Part shown: one piece after another, positions 60,811 through 64,000 of the stretch | How the letters are laid out: each line of letters begins with the position of its first letter | Numbering within the stretch: position 1 is the first letter of the stretch | Assembly: GCA_965246715.1 (NCBI GenBank) | Contig: CBDFFH010000015.1 | Location: 224,001 to 288,000, forward strand | DNA from: Chamaesiphon sp. | Lineage (GTDB): Bacteria > Cyanobacteriota > Cyanobacteriia > Cyanobacteriales > Chamaesiphonaceae | DNA length: 64,000 nucleotides | Reading direction: 5' to 3' | The notes under the pieces: model-generated | What the model was told of the DNA's origin: nothing | Databases searched by the model: none | The model's input: the letters and a program-made list of their open reading frames with translations, nothing else | Position numbers and translations under genes: made by a program

Positions 60811-60826
60811 AATCCGATCTGCCCGA

Positions 60827-61507
60827 TTACTTATAACCTTTCAGTTGCTTATTAGTTTCTCTCTGCAACTCAGCGGCAATTTTGAACATTTCAATGCCAT
60901 CGTGGAGATACTGTTCATCGTAATTCATGATGTAGAAATTTAACTCCCTAATCCCATCGGATACTTGGTTGATACAGTAGTAGAGATTGGCGGCAACACC
61001 TGCGATCGAGGTAGGATTGGGCATCGAATGAAATGTTTTCTCGATCTTTTGTAAATGTCGCTGGCAATCAGTCACATAAGCCTCAAAAGTTGCCATCAAG
61101 TCATCATCGAACGGATCGGCAGAGAGTTCCCGGATCTGGGCTTTTAGCGGTTTGATAATCCAATTAATCGTCCGATTAATCGGCGTGTAAACCTGATTCA
61201 GCCACAAGACTAATTCTTCATCTAACTCGCGTCCTACCGTGCGCGGACGGCGGGGAGTAGCCGCTGGGGTGGTTTGTTGGCGGGGGATGGCTACTGCTGG
61301 TTGCAGCAGATAATCGTATTCGCGCCGCTTGCGCTCATCGCTTAATATTTCATAAGCCGCATTGATCTTGACGATACGTTCGGAATTAGCTTTGCCACCA
61401 TTCACATCAGGGTGAAATTTCTTCGCCAACTGCCGATAAGACTGTTTGATCTCATCAGCAGTGGCTTTAGCGGATATTTGGAGGGTTTGGTAGTGCGTTT
61501 CTGGCAT
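60827..61507 (-). CDS. J-domain protein
   Basis: HYQTL, FHPD, INAAYEILSD. Confidence 0.9.
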   Translation of the reverse strand: MPETHYQTLQISAKATADEIKQSYRQLAKKFHPDVNGGKANSERIVKINAAYEILSDERKRREYDYLLQPAVAIPRQQTTPAATPRRPRTVGRELDEELVLWLNQVYTPINRTINWIIKPLKAQIRELSADPFDDDLMATFEAYVTDCQRHLQKIEKTFHSMPNPTSIAGVAANLYYCINQVSDGIRELNFYIMNYDEQYLHDGIEMFKIAAELQRETNKQLKGYK

Positions 61508-61632
61508 GAAGCTAGTGGCTAGTGACTAACTAGTGGCTAGTGACTAGTGGCTAGTGGGTGGATAGGTGACAGTGGCGGATATCGGACAAGGAAAAATTAC
61601 TGGCTTTACATGGGATAATCCAAAATCCAAAA

Positions 61633-62583
61633 TCAAACAGTCTTAGGATCGGGATCTTGAAATAGCGGCGTGCTCAGATAGCGTTCGCCGAAACTAGGCT
61701 GAATCATGACGATTAGTTTACCTTGATTTTCGGGACGACGACCGACAACGATCGCGGCATACAATGCAGCACCTGTCGAAATTCCTGACAATAAACCTTC
61801 TTCCTTGGCGAGTCTACGACCGTATTCGATCGATTGTTGGTCGGTGACGGTAATTACTTCATCGATTAGCGCGATTTTCAATACCTGCGGTACGAATCCA
61901 GCACCGATACCTTGGATTTTGTGTGGGCCGGGTCTGCCACCTGAGAGGACGGGACTATTGGTGGGTTCGACGGCAATAACTTTAAAATCAGGATTGCGAG
62001 ATTTGATGACCTCAGCGACCCCCGTAATCGTTCCGCCAGTACCGACACCAGCAACTAGGATATCTACTTTACCATCAGTATCCGCCCAAATTTCTTCAGC
62101 GGTGGTTAGTCGATGGATTTGCGGATTGGCGGGATTGCGAAATTGCTGCAACATATAAGCGTGCGGCGTTTTATCGGTAATCTCCTGAGCACGACGAATG
62201 CAACCGCTCATCCCTTCGACACCCGGAGTCAGTTCTAATTCGGCACCGTAGGCTTTGAGCATCGCCCGCCGTTCGGTACTCATCGTTTCGGGCATCGTTA
62301 GGATCAACCGATAACCTTTCGCTGCTGCGGCCATTGCTAGGGCGATGCCAGTGTTGCCCGATGTGGGTTCGACTAAAATTGTTTTATGCGGAGCGATCAA
62401 GCCTTCCTTTTCGGCAGCTTCGATCATATGCACCCCAATCCGATCCTTAACAGATGCTGCAGGATTCATCCCTTCGAGTTTGACGACAATCTCCGCGACA
62501 CAGCCTTCTGCTTGGGGGATCCGATTGAGTCTGACTAAGGGTGTGCGACCGATTAATTCAGTAACATTATTAGCAATTTTCAT
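61633..62583 (-). CDS. cysK: cysteine synthase A
   Basis: [39 protein letters not shown]. Confidence 0.96.
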   Translation of the reverse strand: MKIANNVTELIGRTPLVRLNRIPQAEGCVAEIVVKLEGMNPAASVKDRIGVHMIEAAEKEGLIAPHKTILVEPTSGNTGIALAMAAAAKGYRLILTMPETMSTERRAMLKAYGAELELTPGVEGMSGCIRRAQEITDKTPHAYMLQQFRNPANPQIHRLTTAEEIWADTDGKVDILVAGVGTGGTITGVAEVIKSRNPDFKVIAVEPTNSPVLSGGRPGPHKIQGIGAGFVPQVLKIALIDEVITVTDQQSIEYGRRLAKEEGLLSGISTGAALYAAIVVGRRPENQGKLIVMIQPSFGERYLSTPLFQDPDPKTV

Positions 62584-62887
62584 AGCGATCGATCTGTGAG
62601 TTTGGTTAAATACCCTATCTTATACTTTATCCTTAAATTCCCTGCGACATCATTGGTTTAGGGTTTGTCGCAACCGAATCTGTTAGTTTCTCTGATTCTC
62701 CACCAGCGAGACTGCTACGTCACGGCGACCGAGACTAAACTCGGAGCCGATTATTCACAATGGATGGCAGATCTCCCAAACAAACCCGTTATGATTAGTG
62801 TTGAATCTAAATACCCCTAATTCTCAACCCCAGACACTATTCACTGTCAACTGTCAACTGTCAACTGCCCCCTACCCCCTAAGATCG

Positions 62888-64000
62888 ATGCTACTTTCTA
62901 AAGGATTTGAAATTGAGGTCTACACGGGCACTCCCCAAGGAGAGATTGTCGGTTTGTCCGATCGAATTGTGGCAGATTTAGATGGGTTTATCACCGAGCC
63001 GGATAGTCGCAATGTCGAATATACAACTGCCCCCTTCAATTCTTACGAACGGTTACTGTGTGCGTTAGTCTTACCCCGGCGAAAATTGCGCGCCTATCTC
63101 CAGCAGCTCGGTGACTATACGCTGATTCCTGGTAGTACATTATCTTTAAGCGGTACCGACAAATTTTATCGTTCCGACCCAAATAATCCCTACCATACTT
63201 ATATCGAACAGACTTACGGCACGAATGTAGTGACTGCGAGCGTCCATATCAATATCGGCATCAGCGATCCAGAATTATTAATGCGGGCTTGTCGATTGGT
63301 GAGACTTGAAGCCCCCCTCTACTTAGCACTTAGTGCAGCTTCGCCATTTATCGATGGTAAGCCAACTGGCTATCATTCCACCCGCTGGGGCGTATTTCCG
63401 AAAACACCCCAACATGTCCCGTTATTTGAAAGTCACGCACATCATATTAAATGGGTAAACGAGCAACTGGCACAAGGGACGATGCAAAATGTCCGCCACC
63501 TCTGGTCTGCCATCCGGCCTAATGGCGATCGCCGCCCCTACAACCTCAATCGGCTCGAATTGAGAATTTGCGATCTAATTATCGATCCGATCGCCTTACT
63601 CGCCGTTACATCATTGATTGAGGCAAGATTGTGGCAACTCATCAACGACCCGACGCTCGATCCACTGGTGATGAGTACTTTACCCGCCCATAACCGAGCG
63701 GAAGAATTAGTCCAAATAGCAGATGCCAATGAAATGGCTGTCGCCAAATCTAGCCTCGATGCAACTTTACGTCATTGGCAAGATGGTCGATCGATTACTG
63801 CTAGCGACTGGATCGAAGAACTCTATGCCGAAGTCAGTCCGATCGCCAAACAACGTGGCTTCCTGTGCTTTTTATCCCCAGTTAAGAAAATCCTCCGGGA
63901 AGGAAATACCGCCCAACAATGGTTGCGGATGTACGACAAAACAGGTGACGCTCGATCGGTTATCGTTCAAGCCATCGCAGATGTCGAACGGCAGGAAATC
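62888..64000 (+). CDS. gshA: glutamate-cysteine ligase, cyanobacterial type (partial; runs off the window and is absent from the ORF track)
   Basis: ATG 62888: MLLSKGFEIEVYTGTPQGEIVGLSDRI..EPDSRNVEYTT..VVTASVHINIG..NRLELRICD. Confidence 0.92.
   Translation, partial: MLLSKGFEIEVYTGTPQGEIVGLSDRIVADLDGFITEPDSRNVEYTTAPFNSYERLLCALVLPRRKLRAYLQQLGDYTLIPGSTLSLSGTDKFYRSDPNNPYHTYIEQTYGTNVVTASVHINIGISDPELLMRACRLVRLEAPLYLALSAASPFIDGKPTGYHSTRWGVFPKTPQHVPLFESHAHHIKWVNEQLAQGTMQNVRHLWSAIRPNGDRRPYNLNRLELRICDLIIDPIALLAVTSLIEARLWQLINDPTLDPLVMSTLPAHNRAEELVQIADANEMAVAKSSLDATLRHWQDGRSITASDWIEELYAEVSPIAKQRGFLCFLSPVKKILREGNTAQQWLRMYDKTGDARSVIVQAIADVERQEI

Noticed and set aside
63538..63747. 69-aa minus-strand ORF
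   Set aside because: Antisense to gshA; the many other antisense ORFs inside long genes were dismissed for the same reason

Overview
64 kb of a cyanobacterial chromosome. The evidence is apcD, ho1, ndhK, GUN4, ccdA/ccs1, crtW, cyanobacterial-type gshA and a very high density of CGATCG. The frequent TCGATCGA/CGATCG variants and expanded TPR proteins suggest a Chamaesiphon-like organism (inference). Most of the window is housekeeping or conserved hypothetical genes, plus tRNA-Leu(CAA), a probable 6S RNA and a cobalamin riboswitch. The most interesting parts are: (1) a two-gene module of a PD-(D/E)xK nuclease-ParA fusion plus a ParB-like protein lacking the arginine patch; (2) a stress-type cluster at 12.5-21 kb with a TSV-motif cyanobacterial halorhodopsin, a ferritin-like/hemerythrin protein, a heme-oxygenase-like diiron oxidase, DUF3891, an NPPY methyltransferase, crtW and an orphan ndhK; (3) a layered set of miniature mobile elements, including a 23-25 nt hairpin inserted at (A/T)T^CG sites (in-frame in ndhK and inside MITE ends), a 180-bp in-frame MITE duplicating the ccdA start codon, and a GC-rich mosaic repeat with a relocated module; (4) a tRNA whose 5' end encodes the C-terminus of an M48 protease; (5) an orphan GlnX-like membrane transducer. 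All family calls come from motif recognition by eye; no searches were run.
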